Source: an uncultured Chloroflexia bacterium (GTDB lineage Bacteria > Chloroflexota > Chloroflexia > Thermomicrobiales > UBA6265). From it: a stretch of DNA of 64,000 bases. The number at the start of each line of letters is the position of its first letter. Position 1 is the stretch's first letter. Below the pieces are notes generated by a model that ran no database searches, had not been told where the DNA came from, and was given only the letters and a program-made list of their open reading frames with translations. The stretch spans positions 768,001-832,000 of the forward strand of contig CAVRUC010000007.1 in the NCBI GenBank assembly GCA_963724295.1. The letters run 5' to 3'. The translations under genes were made by a program, and so were the position numbers. Shown one piece after another: positions 1 to 10,500 of the stretch.

Positions 1-107
1 AGAGCAACCGACCGAGGTCGAGATTCACGCCTCGAGCGGTCAATCAGGTCAGGGCAAGCGCTAGCCGCGGGAACGCCCGGCCGGCCGGAGCGGGACGAGA
101 CCGAGGC

Positions 108-500
108 TCAGGACTCGGACGCGACCCCCGCATCGCCGATGCGAATGTCCGGCTGCAGCGCCGCGGGCGGCGCCGCGGCTGGCCTGTCATCGCCACCGCG
201 GGCGGCCAGGAGCACCGCCTCCGCGCCAAGTCGCTCGAAGAGCTCGGCCACGATCGCCGTCCGCCCGGGCGCGGTGACCACGATCAGCAGCGCGTCCGCG
301 GCCGGCGGAGCACCATCCAGCACGCGTAGCCCCGCCCGCTCCAGCTGACGTGCGGTGTCGCCCCGCGCTCCGTCGAAGACGCGAGTCTGAGGTCCGAAGC
401 CGGCGCGATGGGTCGCCGCCAGCGCCGCGCTGAGCTCCGTGCGCGGGAACGTGCCCACGACGTGATCGATTGCCGGAGACGAAGGAGCGTCAGGACGCAT
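108..500 (-). CDS. hypothetical protein (~130 aa)
   Basis: GC-rich ORF directly downstream of the 538-759 gene on the same strand; ATG at 500 chosen (MRPDAPSSP...); no recognisable motif. Confidence 0.55.
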   Translation of the reverse strand: MRPDAPSSPAIDHVVGTFPRTELSAALAATHRAGFGPQTRVFDGARGDTARQLERAGLRVLDGAPPAADALLIVVTAPGRTAIVAELFERLGAEAVLLAARGGDDRPAAAPPAALQPDIRIGDAGVASES

Positions 501-537
501 CAGCGCGTTCCGTCCAACAGTCGGGGCCCCTTGCCGG

Positions 538-759
538 CTAGCGCTGCGACGATCGCCCTCGCATCGCACCCTTCACCAGCCGCTCGACGGCTCTGGCCGG
601 GGCGGGAGCGGGTCGTTGTGGCGCCTTCGGCTCGGCCGCCGCGTCTTCGCTCGGCGCCACGCCATCTTCGCCTTCCGGCGCGCTTTGCGCCACCTTGACG
701 CTGCGCACGGTCGACTCCTCGCCGCGCTTGGTAATGTAGTAGCGGATCGGCTCCTGCAT
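538..759 (-). CDS. small hypothetical protein (73 aa)
   Basis: ATG preceded by GAGAAAGGCGG SD-like sequence; lies downstream of a sigma70-like promoter and a long structured leader. Confidence 0.6.
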   Translation of the reverse strand: MQEPIRYYITKRGEESTVRSVKVAQSAPEGEDGVAPSEDAAAEPKAPQRPAPAPARAVERLVKGAMRGRSSQR

Positions 760-769
760 GGATGCACCG

Positions 770-1024
770 CCTTTCTCAGGGACCGTCTTACGGTCCGCTG
801 GAAGCCCCCGAACTGGCCGGGGGCTGGCGGATGTCCACGCGGTGGGACGGAATCGCCGGGCCGGCTAGTCCTGGGGGCGCTCGATTGTCGAACAGCTAGG
901 ACTGCCAGCGTCCAACGAGACTCCCTTCACGGGGTCGAGTGCGCACCGGCTGGCCAGCGACACGGCGCTGCATGTTTACGGTCCGGGCACACGCCAAGAG
1001 GAAACGGTTTTGCCGTTTCCCAAT
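770..1024 (-). ncRNA. candidate structured RNA / long 5' leader (6S-like architecture possible)
   Basis: Follows a TTGACG-N17-TAGAGT promoter; several strong helices (GGAAACGG/CCGUUUCC; GCUGGC-AGUCCU/AGGACU-A-GCCGGC; AGCCCCCG/CGGGGGCU; GGACCGU/ACGGUCC); no credible ORF. Confidence 0.35.
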
Positions 1025-1029
1025 GAGAG

Positions 1030-1058
1030 ACTCTACAGAGTCGGGCGCGCCACGTCAA
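1030..1058 (-). promoter_or_regulatory. sigma70-type promoter
   Basis: TTGACG (1058-1053), 17 nt, TAGAGT (1035-1030) on the minus strand. Confidence 0.6.
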
Positions 1059-1128
1059 CGACGGAGCGTGTGAGAAGGCTCTCGAATTCGCTTGCACTTG
1101 CGTCGGGACACGGTCGTCAGGAATCCTC

Positions 1129-3918
1129 ATGGACACGCACATGACGAGCATTGGGCCTCACCCTGGGTCGAAGGAGCACGAACGCCTCGCCGGCATGGAT
1201 GGCGACCTGACGGCCTGGCGTCGCTGGGGTCCGTATGTTGCCGAGCGTTCCTGGGGCACGGTCCGTGAGGACTACAGCGCGCAGGGTCACGCCTGGGACT
1301 TCCTGTCCCACGATCTGGCGCGCAGCACGGCGTATCGATGGGGCGAGGACGGTCTCGCCGGGTTCTGCGACCGCTATCAGATCCTGGTTTTCGCGCTCGC
1401 CCTCTGGAACGAGCGGGATCCGATCCTCAAGGAGCGTGCTTTCGGCCTCACGCCAAACGAAGGAAACCACGGCGAAGACGTCAAGGAGTACTACTTCTAT
1501 CTCGACGCCACGCCTACCCATTCCTTCATGAAGTGGCACTACAAGTATCCGCAGCGCGCCTATCCCTATCAGCAACTCATCGACGAGAACCGGTCTCGGC
1601 ATGGACAGGGACGGGAGTTCGAGCTGCTGGACACCGGTATCTTCGACGACGATCGGTACTTCGACGTGACCGTGGAGTACGCCAAGGCGTCGCCCGAGGA
1701 TCTCGTCATTCGGGTCACGGTCGAGAACCGTGGCCCCGATGCGGCGCCAATCCACCTCCTCCCTCATCTCTGGTTCCGGAATACGTGGGCCTGGAGCGAG
1801 CCGCCAGGTCCGGAACCGCGAATTGAGCCAGGACCGACCGGCCCCGGGTTCGTCAGCCTCTTGGCGGATGACCGGACGGCGACTCCGCCGCGCAATCTCC
1901 TCTTCGAGTACCGCCTGGGACCGCGATACCTCTATGTCGAGGAGGGCGGCGAGTTGCTCTTCACCGACAACGAGACGAACGCCCGGCGGGCAGTGGATTC
2001 AGGAACGCAACGCGCGGACTCGAGACCGTATGCCAAGGACGCGTTTCACCGGCACGTCATCGACGGTGAGAGCGCTACCAACCCGGAACAATTCGGTACG
2101 AAATCATGCGCCCATTATCGTTATGTCGTTCCGGCACACGGGTCCGTCACCCTCCGCATGCGCCTCGCGCCTGACGTGCTCGAGGCGCCTCTGCGAGCCG
2201 TCGATGCGGTGCTCCGCCAGCGTCAGGTCGAGGCTGACGAGTTCTACGCGACGATCCATCCGCCGGCGGCTAGCGACGATGAACGGATGGTGCAGCGACA
2301 GGCGTTCGCCGGGTTGCTCTGGACCAAACAGATCTACCTCTTCGATGTGAACCAGTGGTTGGAGGGAGACGCTGTCCACGGACCGCTGCCCGAGTCACGG
2401 CGCTTCGTCCGCAACAGCCACTGGCGGCACCTGAACTCCATGCGCATCCTCTCCATGCCGGACAAGTGGGAGTTCCCCTGGTTTGCGGCCTGGGACCTGG
2501 CCTTTCACGTTTTGCCGCTGGCCCTGGTCGATCCCGACTATGCCAAGGAGCAGCTGTGGGTCCTCCTCTTCGAGCAGTTCCTGCACCCCTCGGGACAGAT
2601 TCCGGCCTACGAGTGGGAGTTCTCCGACGTCAATCCACCCGTCCACGCCTGGGCGGTCTGGCGCGTCTATAACCTCGACCGCATCCGCTCGGGTCAGGCG
2701 GACCGCCAGTTTCTTGAGAAGTGCTTTCACAAGCTGCTGATCAACTTCGCATGGTGGGTGAACAAGGTCGACCGGCAGGGGAACAACATTTTCGAGGGCG
2801 GGTTTCTCGGGCTCGACAACATCGCGGTCGTCGACCGCGGCCGGCCGCTGCCCGAGGGGGCGGTCCTCGAGCAGTCCGATGCCACGGGCTGGATGGCGAT
2901 GTTCTGTCTCAACCTGATGCGCATCGCCCTGGAGCTGGCCAAGGAGAACCAGGCCTACGAGGGGCTGGCCACGAAATTCTTCCAACACTACGTCTATGTT
3001 GGCGCCGCGATGACCAACATGGGCGGTCGTCACTTCCAGCTCTGGGACGACGAGGACGGGTTCTTCTACGACGTTCTGCGCTTCCCCGATGACCGCTTCG
3101 AGAGGTTCAGGGTTCGCTCTCTGGTTGGGCTGATCCCCCTCTACGCGGTAGAGCGCCTGCAGGAGGAGTCGACCGAACCCATGCCCGGGTTCCGGGAGAG
3201 TCTCGATTGGTTCCTGCGGAACAAGCCGCACATCGTGGGAAACCTCTGCCTGCCGCTCGACCGGGACGGACAGCGCGATTACCTGCTCGCCGTCGTCGAT
3301 GAGGCTCAGTTGCGACGGATGATGCAACGAGTGCTCGACCCGGACGAATTCCTCTCACCCTGGGGTCTGCGCAGCCTCTCCAGGGAGCACGAAGTCCACC
3401 CGTTTCGCTTCGCGGATCAGGAGGTCAGGTACGCACCGGCGGAGGCAGACGTCAAGATCATGGGCGGGAACTCGAACTGGCGCGGTCCAGTCTGGTTCCC
3501 AACCACTTACGTGATGATCGAGTCGCTACGCACGCTGGGCGAGGCGTACGGTTCGCATTTCATGGTGGCCGCGAACGGGAAGTCAGGGCCACCGGTGACA
3601 TTGCAGCAGGTGGCCGACGACCTATCCGACCGTCTGATCCGCATCTTCACCCGCGACGCGTCCGGGAGGCGGCCGGTCCACGGTGATCGCCAGAAGTTTC
3701 AGGAGGATCCCTACTGGCGCGACCTCATCCTCTTTCACGAGTACTTCCACGCCGAGACCGGAGAGGGGCTGGGCGCCTCGCACCAGACCGGCTGGACCGG
3801 GCTCGTCGCCTCCCTCATCGATGAACGGCGGCGGCCCGGCGGCGATTCGGTTTCCAATGTATGTAGCACACCCCCGTGCTATACTCCGGCCGTCTCCCGC
3901 GGCGAACGTCAATCTTGA
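1129..3918 (+). CDS. glycoside hydrolase family 63 / MGH1-like glucosidase
   Basis: 929 aa; [68 protein letters not shown] motifs. Confidence 0.85.
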   Translation: MDTHMTSIGPHPGSKEHERLAGMDGDLTAWRRWGPYVAERSWGTVREDYSAQGHAWDFLSHDLARSTAYRWGEDGLAGFCDRYQILVFALALWNERDPILKERAFGLTPNEGNHGEDVKEYYFYLDATPTHSFMKWHYKYPQRAYPYQQLIDENRSRHGQGREFELLDTGIFDDDRYFDVTVEYAKASPEDLVIRVTVENRGPDAAPIHLLPHLWFRNTWAWSEPPGPEPRIEPGPTGPGFVSLLADDRTATPPRNLLFEYRLGPRYLYVEEGGELLFTDNETNARRAVDSGTQRADSRPYAKDAFHRHVIDGESATNPEQFGTKSCAHYRYVVPAHGSVTLRMRLAPDVLEAPLRAVDAVLRQRQVEADEFYATIHPPAASDDERMVQRQAFAGLLWTKQIYLFDVNQWLEGDAVHGPLPESRRFVRNSHWRHLNSMRILSMPDKWEFPWFAAWDLAFHVLPLALVDPDYAKEQLWVLLFEQFLHPSGQIPAYEWEFSDVNPPVHAWAVWRVYNLDRIRSGQADRQFLEKCFHKLLINFAWWVNKVDRQGNNIFEGGFLGLDNIAVVDRGRPLPEGAVLEQSDATGWMAMFCLNLMRIALELAKENQAYEGLATKFFQHYVYVGAAMTNMGGRHFQLWDDEDGFFYDVLRFPDDRFERFRVRSLVGLIPLYAVERLQEESTEPMPGFRESLDWFLRNKPHIVGNLCLPLDRDGQRDYLLAVVDEAQLRRMMQRVLDPDEFLSPWGLRSLSREHEVHPFRFADQEVRYAPAEADVKIMGGNSNWRGPVWFPTTYVMIESLRTLGEAYGSHFMVAANGKSGPPVTLQQVADDLSDRLIRIFTRDASGRRPVHGDRQKFQEDPYWRDLILFHEYFHAETGEGLGASHQTGWTGLVASLIDERRRPGGDSVSNVCSTPPCYTPAVSRGERQS

Positions 3919-4009
3919 CGTCGATTCCGGCGCGGGTCGCGATGACGCCATGCACGCGGCCAACACGCTAAGACCGACGTGTGCCTCTTGCGTTTAGAGG
4001 AGCGCCTGG

Positions 4010-5068
4010 TTGTTCCGACCCCTGTCAAAGCTCTTCGGGATGTTCAGCCGCGATCTCGGCATCGATCTTGGGACTGCCAACACCCTCGTCTACGTGCGGG
4101 GAAAAGGCATCGTCATCTCCGAGCCAAGCGTGGTGGCCATCGACACCCGCACCCGGCGCGCCTTTGGCGTGGGTGCTGAAGCCAAGGCCATGGTCGGCAA
4201 GACGCCGGAGAGCATCGTCGCCGTGCGGCCCCTCAAGGACGGCGTCATCGCCGACTTCGACACCGTCGAGATGATGCTCCATTACTTCATCCGCAAGGTG
4301 CACATGCAGCGGCTGATGGCGCCCCACCCGCGGGTGGTCATCGGCATCCCCAGCGGTGTCACTGAGGTGGAAAAACGGGCCGCCAAGGACGCCGCGCTCT
4401 CGGCCGGGGCCCGCGAGGCCTACACCATCGAGGAGCCGATGGCCGCCGCCATCGGGGCGGGACTGCCCATCAATGAACCGATCGGGTCCATGATCGTCGA
4501 CATCGGCGGCGGCACCACCGAGGTGGCGGTTATCTCCCTGGGCGGCATCGTGGTCAACCACTCCATCCGGGTGGCAGGTGATGAGATCGACGATGCCATC
4601 ATCCAGTACGCCCGGCGCGACCACAACCTGGTCATTGGCGAGCGGACCGCGGAGAACGCCAAGATCGCGGCCGGCTCGGCCTACCCGTTGGAAGAGGAGA
4701 TTCGCACCACCTTGCGCGGGCGCGATCTGCTGACCGGCTTGCCCAAGTCGGTGGAGGTCAGCTCGGTGGAGCTACGCGACGCCATCTCCCAGCCGGTCAA
4801 CACCATCGTCGAGGTGGTGAAAACCGCCATCGAGGAGACGCCACCCGAGCTGGTGGCCGACATCATGGAGCAGGGCATTACCCTGGCCGGGGGCGGGGCG
4901 CTGCTGTTCGGGCTGGACCGGCGGTTGCAGACCGAGCTGAAGATGCCGGTCTACCGTGCCGACGATCCGCTGACCTGCGTGGCTCGGGGCACCGGTCGCG
5001 TCGCCGAAGCCCTGCACCTCTACGAGCGGGCCCTGGCGAGTGGTTCGGAGATCCGCCGCGCGCGATAA
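4010..5068 (+). CDS. mreB: rod shape-determining protein MreB
   Basis: GIDLGTANT, DIGGGTTE, GGGALL actin-fold motifs; TTG start after AGAGGAG. Confidence 0.95.
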   Translation: MFRPLSKLFGMFSRDLGIDLGTANTLVYVRGKGIVISEPSVVAIDTRTRRAFGVGAEAKAMVGKTPESIVAVRPLKDGVIADFDTVEMMLHYFIRKVHMQRLMAPHPRVVIGIPSGVTEVEKRAAKDAALSAGAREAYTIEEPMAAAIGAGLPINEPIGSMIVDIGGGTTEVAVISLGGIVVNHSIRVAGDEIDDAIIQYARRDHNLVIGERTAENAKIAAGSAYPLEEEIRTTLRGRDLLTGLPKSVEVSSVELRDAISQPVNTIVEVVKTAIEETPPELVADIMEQGITLAGGGALLFGLDRRLQTELKMPVYRADDPLTCVARGTGRVAEALHLYERALASGSEIRRAR

Positions 5069-5194
5069 GGCCGCAACCGACCATCCCTGGAACGACTGCA
5101 GCCGGTAAGCGGCGTGGTATCGTTGGCTGTCCCGCCCATCCCGGGGAGTGCCCCCAACGACATCGGGACAGCACCGGCCTCACGAGGTTCGCCG

Positions 5195-6004
5195 TTGACG
5201 ACGCTGAACACCCGGCAAACGCTCTTTCTGGTCGTCTTGTTCGTGATCACGAGCCTGGCCTTTATCCAGCTTGACAGCCGCCGCGCGCTCGACCCGGTGA
5301 AAGATGCGATGCGCGCGGTCGTCGGCCCGATAGTCACCCAGGTCGGTAATGCCGGCCGGCGCGGCGACGTCGCCATGGAGCGCGAAATCGCCGCCGTGAA
5401 GGCGGAACGCGACCAACTTGCCGCCGAGAACGCGCAGCTCAAGGCAGCGGTGCGCGAGGTGGAGCAGCTCCGCCTGCAGGCCAAGCTGCAACAGGACCGG
5501 CCGACCTGGAAAATGCTCCAGGCCCGGGTCCAGACTCCCGACCCGACCAACCAGCAGAAATTCCTGACCATCGACAAGGGAGCCAAGAACGGGGTCGAGG
5601 TCGGGATGGCGGTCGTCGCCCAGGGACCCAACTACATCGGTCAGGTGACCGAGGTGTGGGAGGAGTCCTCCCGTGTCATGCTCATCGTCGACGTCACCCA
5701 GCGCGTCGGGGCACGCCTCGAGGGCGGCGGCGACGGCGTCGTTTTCGGCGAGTGGCAGAATGGTGGCCGCTTACAGCTGCGCTACCTCGATCGCGACAGC
5801 GACCCTCAACCCGGCGAGCTTGTGATGACGACTGACAGTCCATCCCTGCGCACGGCCCGGGTCCCAGGCGGCCTGATCGTCGGCCGCGTTGGCGACGCGC
5901 CGCCGAACGCGGCCCAGGGAGACACCCAGGTAGTGCCGGTGATCCCGCTCGTCGTCTTCGAGCGGCTCGAGGTGGTCACCGTCGTTCTCACCGAAAGTGC
6001 CTAG
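5195..6004 (+). CDS. mreC: rod shape-determining protein MreC
   Basis: N-terminal TM, coiled coil, IDKGAKNGVEVGMAVV..IGQV motif; follows mreB; start uncertain. Confidence 0.85.
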   Translation: MTTLNTRQTLFLVVLFVITSLAFIQLDSRRALDPVKDAMRAVVGPIVTQVGNAGRRGDVAMEREIAAVKAERDQLAAENAQLKAAVREVEQLRLQAKLQQDRPTWKMLQARVQTPDPTNQQKFLTIDKGAKNGVEVGMAVVAQGPNYIGQVTEVWEESSRVMLIVDVTQRVGARLEGGGDGVVFGEWQNGGRLQLRYLDRDSDPQPGELVMTTDSPSLRTARVPGGLIVGRVGDAPPNAAQGDTQVVPVIPLVVFERLEVVTVVLTESA

Positions 6005-7427
6005 CTCGCCCCCGCGGGACGCACGACTGATCGCCGCGCTGGCGGCGGCCAAAGCCACCGGCGCCGCGATCCGGGGTCTGGGACGCGGCGGTGGCACCGC
6101 GGCGCCTGGTCTCGTTGCGGAACGCATCGATCCCCGTCTCCTCGATAAGATCGCCAGACGCCTGCCGCAAGGAACTGTCGTGGTCGCCGGGACCAACGGC
6201 AAGACGACCGTCTCCCGCATGCTGGCCGACATCCTGCAGGCGCACGGGTCACGCGTCGCCCACAACCGCTCCGGCTCGAATCTCGTGCGCGGCGTTGCCA
6301 GCGCTCTGGCCAGCCAGTCTGATCTGACCGGCAGTCCGCGGGCCGATATCGGTGTCATCGAGAGTGACGAGGCGGCTTTTCCGGAGATCGTGCGCCGCGT
6401 CCAGCCGTCGGTGGTCCTGCTGAACAATCTGTTCCGGGACCAACTCGACCGCTATGGAGAGCTCGACACGATCGCGTCGCAGTGGCAGCCCGCGCTGCGA
6501 CGATTGCCGGCGGAGGCCACCGTCGTCGTCAACGTCGACGATCCGACACTGGCCGCGATCACGGAGGGGATTGACGCCCGCCGCGTCACCTTCGGGCTCG
6601 ACGATCGCAACCCGGGCTTCCTCCTCGACCAGATTCCGCATGCCGCCGACGCCAAGACTTGCCGGCATTGTGGACGGGATCTTGCCTACGATCGGTTGTA
6701 CAGCGCCCATCTTGGGGCGTGGCGCTGTCCGGGGTGTGGCGTCGAGCGCCCGCCTCTCGATTTCGCGGGAACATCGATCGTGCTGGACGGTGTCGACGCG
6801 CTGCGTCTCGAGGTCTCGCTCCCTGAGGAGTCCGAGGAATCGCTCGCATTGCAGTTGATGATTCCGGGGCTTTACAACGCCTACAACGCGGTCGCCGCGA
6901 CGGCCGTGGCGGAGACGCTCGGCGTGGCGCGGCAGACCATCGCCGGCGCACTCCGTGGGTACCGATCGGCGTTCGGCCGGATCGAGCGCGTGACCTATCG
7001 CGGGTGCTCGTTGACACTGGCCCTGGTCAAGAATCCGGTGGGGTTCAACGAGACCTTGCGCATGCTCACGGTGGCGACCGCCGGTCTGACCGTACCTACG
7101 CTGATCGCGATCAATGACCTCGCCGCGGACGGACGAGACGTCTCCTGGCTCTGGGACGTCGACTTCGAGATGCTCTGTGAAGGGTCGGCGCCGCTCTTCA
7201 CGACCGGCATTCGCGGCGCGGATATGGCGAACAGGCTCAAGTACGCGGGGGTGCCGTCAGAACGGATCATGCCTCTGCCGGCGGATCTCTCCACCGGTCT
7301 CGACGCGTTCGTCGACAGCCTCCCCGAAGGCGCGACCGGGTACGTCCTGCTGACCTACACCGCGCTCCTCGGGTTACGTCAGGCGCTCGCCGACCGGGGG
7401 GCAGTCGACCAGTTCTGGGAGCAATGA
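5997..7427 (+). CDS. murT: Mur ligase family, lipid II isoglutaminyl synthase subunit MurT
   Basis: GTNGKTT, NLFRDQLDRYGE, CxxC...CxxC zinc motif, LVKNPVG, DGRDVSWLWDVDFE (DUF1727 C-terminus). Confidence 0.9.
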   Translation: MPSSPPRDARLIAALAAAKATGAAIRGLGRGGGTAAPGLVAERIDPRLLDKIARRLPQGTVVVAGTNGKTTVSRMLADILQAHGSRVAHNRSGSNLVRGVASALASQSDLTGSPRADIGVIESDEAAFPEIVRRVQPSVVLLNNLFRDQLDRYGELDTIASQWQPALRRLPAEATVVVNVDDPTLAAITEGIDARRVTFGLDDRNPGFLLDQIPHAADAKTCRHCGRDLAYDRLYSAHLGAWRCPGCGVERPPLDFAGTSIVLDGVDALRLEVSLPEESEESLALQLMIPGLYNAYNAVAATAVAETLGVARQTIAGALRGYRSAFGRIERVTYRGCSLTLALVKNPVGFNETLRMLTVATAGLTVPTLIAINDLAADGRDVSWLWDVDFEMLCEGSAPLFTTGIRGADMANRLKYAGVPSERIMPLPADLSTGLDAFVDSLPEGATGYVLLTYTALLGLRQALADRGAVDQFWEQ

Positions 7428-7443
7428 GGATGGCGGAGGGGAT

Positions 7444-8166
7444 ATGAGACTGACCATCGGCTGGCTCTACGCCTCGAAGATGAATATCTATGGCGACCGC
7501 GGCAACGTCATCGCGTTGCGACGGCGTGCCGAATGGCGCGGAATCGCGGCCGAGGTGCGCGAGATCGGCATGGGCGAGCCGATTCCGAGCGACGTCGACT
7601 GCTTTTTCTGGGGCGGCGGCCAGGACCAGGAGCAAGCCGCCGTCGCCCACGACCTGCGGGGTGCGAAGGGCGCGTCGCTGCGGGCGGCAGTCGAAGACGG
7701 GGCGGCCATGCTCGCCGTCTGTGGTGGTTACCAGCTTCTCGGCCACGAGTATCGGCCGCACGGCGCCGAACCGTTGCCAGGGATCGGCCTGTTCGACGCG
7801 ACCAGCATTGCCGGTCCCGAGCGATTCATCGGCAACGTCGTCATCGACAGCCGCTGGGGAGAGCTGGTCGGGTTCGAAAACCACAGTGGGTTGACCACAC
7901 TCGGCCCAGGCGTCGAGCCGATGGGCCGCGTCCGCGTCGGCCGCGGCAACAACGGGCGGGACGGCACCGAGGGCGCGATCTACCGCAACGCCGTCGGCTG
8001 CTACCTGCACGGGTCACTGCTACCCAAGAACCCGGTCCTGGCCGACTGGCTGGTGGCCCGTGCCCTCGAACGGCGCCACGGGTACGTCGATCTCCCCCCG
8101 CTGCCGGACGACGTGGAACACACCGCCCACGCCTCAGCCGTTCAGCGCGCGCTGCTCACACGGTAG
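7444..8166 (+). CDS. gatD: glutamine amidotransferase GatD (CobQ-like)
   Basis: YGDRGN, GGGQD, VCGGYQLLG, GFENH, YLHGSLLPKNP; adjacent to murT. Confidence 0.9.
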   Translation: MRLTIGWLYASKMNIYGDRGNVIALRRRAEWRGIAAEVREIGMGEPIPSDVDCFFWGGGQDQEQAAVAHDLRGAKGASLRAAVEDGAAMLAVCGGYQLLGHEYRPHGAEPLPGIGLFDATSIAGPERFIGNVVIDSRWGELVGFENHSGLTTLGPGVEPMGRVRVGRGNNGRDGTEGAIYRNAVGCYLHGSLLPKNPVLADWLVARALERRHGYVDLPPLPDDVEHTAHASAVQRALLTR

Positions 8167-8175
8167 AGTCGGACG

Positions 8176-8278
8176 AGGGTGGCGGGGTCGTTACTCGCTC
8201 CGCTCGTGGTGGGGCCAGGGTGGCGGGGAATCGGTGGCCCGGAACCTGCCACCCTGCCACCCTGCCACCCTGCCACCC
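8176..8278. repeat. 8-bp tandem repeat (CCTGCCAC x4) with two upstream inverted GGGTGGCGGGG copies
   Basis: Directly visible between gatD and acs. Confidence 0.75.
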
Positions 8279-8374
8279 AAAAAGGCACGGCTATACTCGC
8301 TCCATCACAATCGATAGAGGTCAACTGGTGGCGCGGCAACGCGACCCATTGCCGCCCACCATGCGAGGGGCGAG

Positions 8375-10372
8375 ATGAACGACGACCCTACGGGTGCCCG
8401 GCATCCGGGATCGGGAACGCGGGCACGTGAGGTAGCCATCGAGACGCTGTTCCTCGAGCAGCGACGGTTTCCGCCTCCGGCCGATTTCGCGGCTCAAGCC
8501 AATGTCGACGACCCTGCGATCTACGAACGGGCCGCGGCTGACCCAGAGGGGTATTGGGCCGCAGAAGCGGCAAAGCTCGATTGGTACCGCCCCTGGGACA
8601 CCGTCCTGGAGTGGGATCCACCCTTCGCCAAGTGGTTCAACGGTGGTCAGCTCAATGTCGCCGTGAACTGCCTCGATCGCCATGTCAATGCCGGGGGCGG
8701 CGACAAGGTCGCCTACTACTGGGAGGGCGAGCCCGGAGACCGCAAGGTCATCACCTACAACGATCTCTTTCTGGACGTGAATCGAGCCGCCAACGCGTTG
8801 CGGGAGCTCGGCGTGCGGCGCGGCGACCGGGTCGCCATCTACATGCCGATGATTCCGGAGCTCCCCGTCGCGATGCTGGCCTGCGCCCGCATCGGCGCCC
8901 CACACACTGTCGTCTTCGGTGGGTTTTCTGCCGAGGCACTCGCCGACCGCATCAACGACTCACAGGCGAAGCTGGTGATCACCGCCGACGGCGGCTACCG
9001 GCGGGGCAAGGCCACCGGACTCAAGGTCAACGTCGACGAGGCAGTGCAACGGACACCGAGCATCGAGCATGTCCTGGTCGTTCAGCGCACGGGTCAAGAC
9101 GTCACCATGATGAACGGGCGCGACCTGTGGTGGCACGACGTCGTCCCGCGCCAATCAGAGTGGTGCGAACCGGAGCGGATGGAGAGCGAGGACATGCTCT
9201 ATCTGCTCTACACCTCCGGGACCACGGCCAAGCCGAAGGGGATCCTGCACACGACCGGCGGCTACCTGACCGGGATCACCAGCACGCACCGCGATGTCTT
9301 TGACATCAAGGAGAACGACGTCTTCTGGGCGGCAGCCGATATCGGCTGGGTGACCGGGCACTCCTACATCGTTTACGGGCCGCTGGCCAACCACACCACC
9401 GGGGTCATCTACGAGGGCACGCCCGACTGGCCGGACCCCAGCCGCTGGTGGGAGATCATCGAGCGCTACGGCGTGACGATCATCTACACGGCTCCGACCG
9501 CGATCCGCGCCCACATGAAATGGGGCCCCCAGTACGCGGAGCGACACGACCTCTCGTCGCTGCGTCTCCTGGGCACGGTCGGCGAGCCGATCAACCCGGA
9601 GGCCTGGATCTGGTACCACGAGCACATCGGCGGTGGCCGCTGTCCGGTCGTCGACACGTGGTGGCAGACGGAGACGGGCGGCATCATGATCTCGCCCCTG
9701 CCCGGGATTACCACCACCAAGCCAGGGTCCGCGACCAAACCAATTCCCGGCATCTTCGCCGACGTGGTCGATGACCAGGGCAATTCGGTGCCACTGGGCG
9801 AGGGCGGCTATCTCGTCCTCCAGCAGCCCTGGCCGTCAATGCTGCGCGGCATCTACGGTGATCCAGAGCGCTACAAGGCGACCTACTGGAGCAAGTTCCC
9901 CGGGATGTACTTCCCCGGTGACGGCGCCCGCCGCGACGAGGACGGCGACTACTGGCTCATGGGTCGCGTCGACGACGTCATGAATGTTTCCGGTCACCGC
10001 CTCTCCACGACCGAGATCGAGAGCGCGCTCGTCGACGACCGGCGGGTCGCCGAAGCCGCTGTGGTGGGCAGTGAAGACGAGATCACGGGCGAGGCTATCT
10101 GCTGCTTCGTCATCCTGAAGTCGGGTATCGAGCCCAGCGACGAACTTGGTGAGGAGCTGCGCCAGCATGTAGCGCGCAAGATCGGTCCGATCGCGCGACC
10201 ACGCCAGCTCATGTTCACACCCGATCTGCCCAAGACGCGCTCCGGCAAGATCATGCGCCGGCTTCTCCGCGACATCGCCGTCGGCCGCCAGCTCGGGGAT
10301 ACGACGACCCTGGCCGATGCCGGCGTCGTGGAAACGATCCGCGAGGCGACCCGGACGGCTTCTGACGATTAG
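8375..10372 (+). CDS. acs: acetyl-CoA synthetase
   Basis: [45 protein letters not shown]. Confidence 0.95.
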   Translation: MNDDPTGARHPGSGTRAREVAIETLFLEQRRFPPPADFAAQANVDDPAIYERAAADPEGYWAAEAAKLDWYRPWDTVLEWDPPFAKWFNGGQLNVAVNCLDRHVNAGGGDKVAYYWEGEPGDRKVITYNDLFLDVNRAANALRELGVRRGDRVAIYMPMIPELPVAMLACARIGAPHTVVFGGFSAEALADRINDSQAKLVITADGGYRRGKATGLKVNVDEAVQRTPSIEHVLVVQRTGQDVTMMNGRDLWWHDVVPRQSEWCEPERMESEDMLYLLYTSGTTAKPKGILHTTGGYLTGITSTHRDVFDIKENDVFWAAADIGWVTGHSYIVYGPLANHTTGVIYEGTPDWPDPSRWWEIIERYGVTIIYTAPTAIRAHMKWGPQYAERHDLSSLRLLGTVGEPINPEAWIWYHEHIGGGRCPVVDTWWQTETGGIMISPLPGITTTKPGSATKPIPGIFADVVDDQGNSVPLGEGGYLVLQQPWPSMLRGIYGDPERYKATYWSKFPGMYFPGDGARRDEDGDYWLMGRVDDVMNVSGHRLSTTEIESALVDDRRVAEAAVVGSEDEITGEAICCFVILKSGIEPSDELGEELRQHVARKIGPIARPRQLMFTPDLPKTRSGKIMRRLLRDIAVGRQLGDTTTLADAGVVETIREATRTASDD

Positions 10373-10377
10373 GCGAG

Positions 10378-10498
10378 GGGGTGTCGCTGCGCTCAGGGGG
10401 TGCCGGCTTCGCCTCAGAGGGTGTCGCCTTCGGCTCAGGGGGTGAAGGAGAAGGACGAGGCTTCTTCTCGACTCCTCGACTTCTCGACTCCTCGACTC
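10378..10498. repeat. three ~20-bp GGGTG..mini-hairpin..TCAG units followed by (CTCGACT[C/T]) x4
   Basis: Visible between the convergent acs and S9 peptidase stops. Confidence 0.7.
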
Positions 10499-10500
10499 AC

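Noticed and set aside
999..1021. c-di-GMP-I riboswitch suggested by GGCAAAACC
   Set aside because: The sequence forms a simple perfect hairpin and lacks the second stem and the GACGCAAAG-type motif
10378..10445. Possible mini-CRISPR array
   Set aside because: Units are ~20 bp, abut each other with no unique 25-45 bp spacers, and no cas genes are in the window
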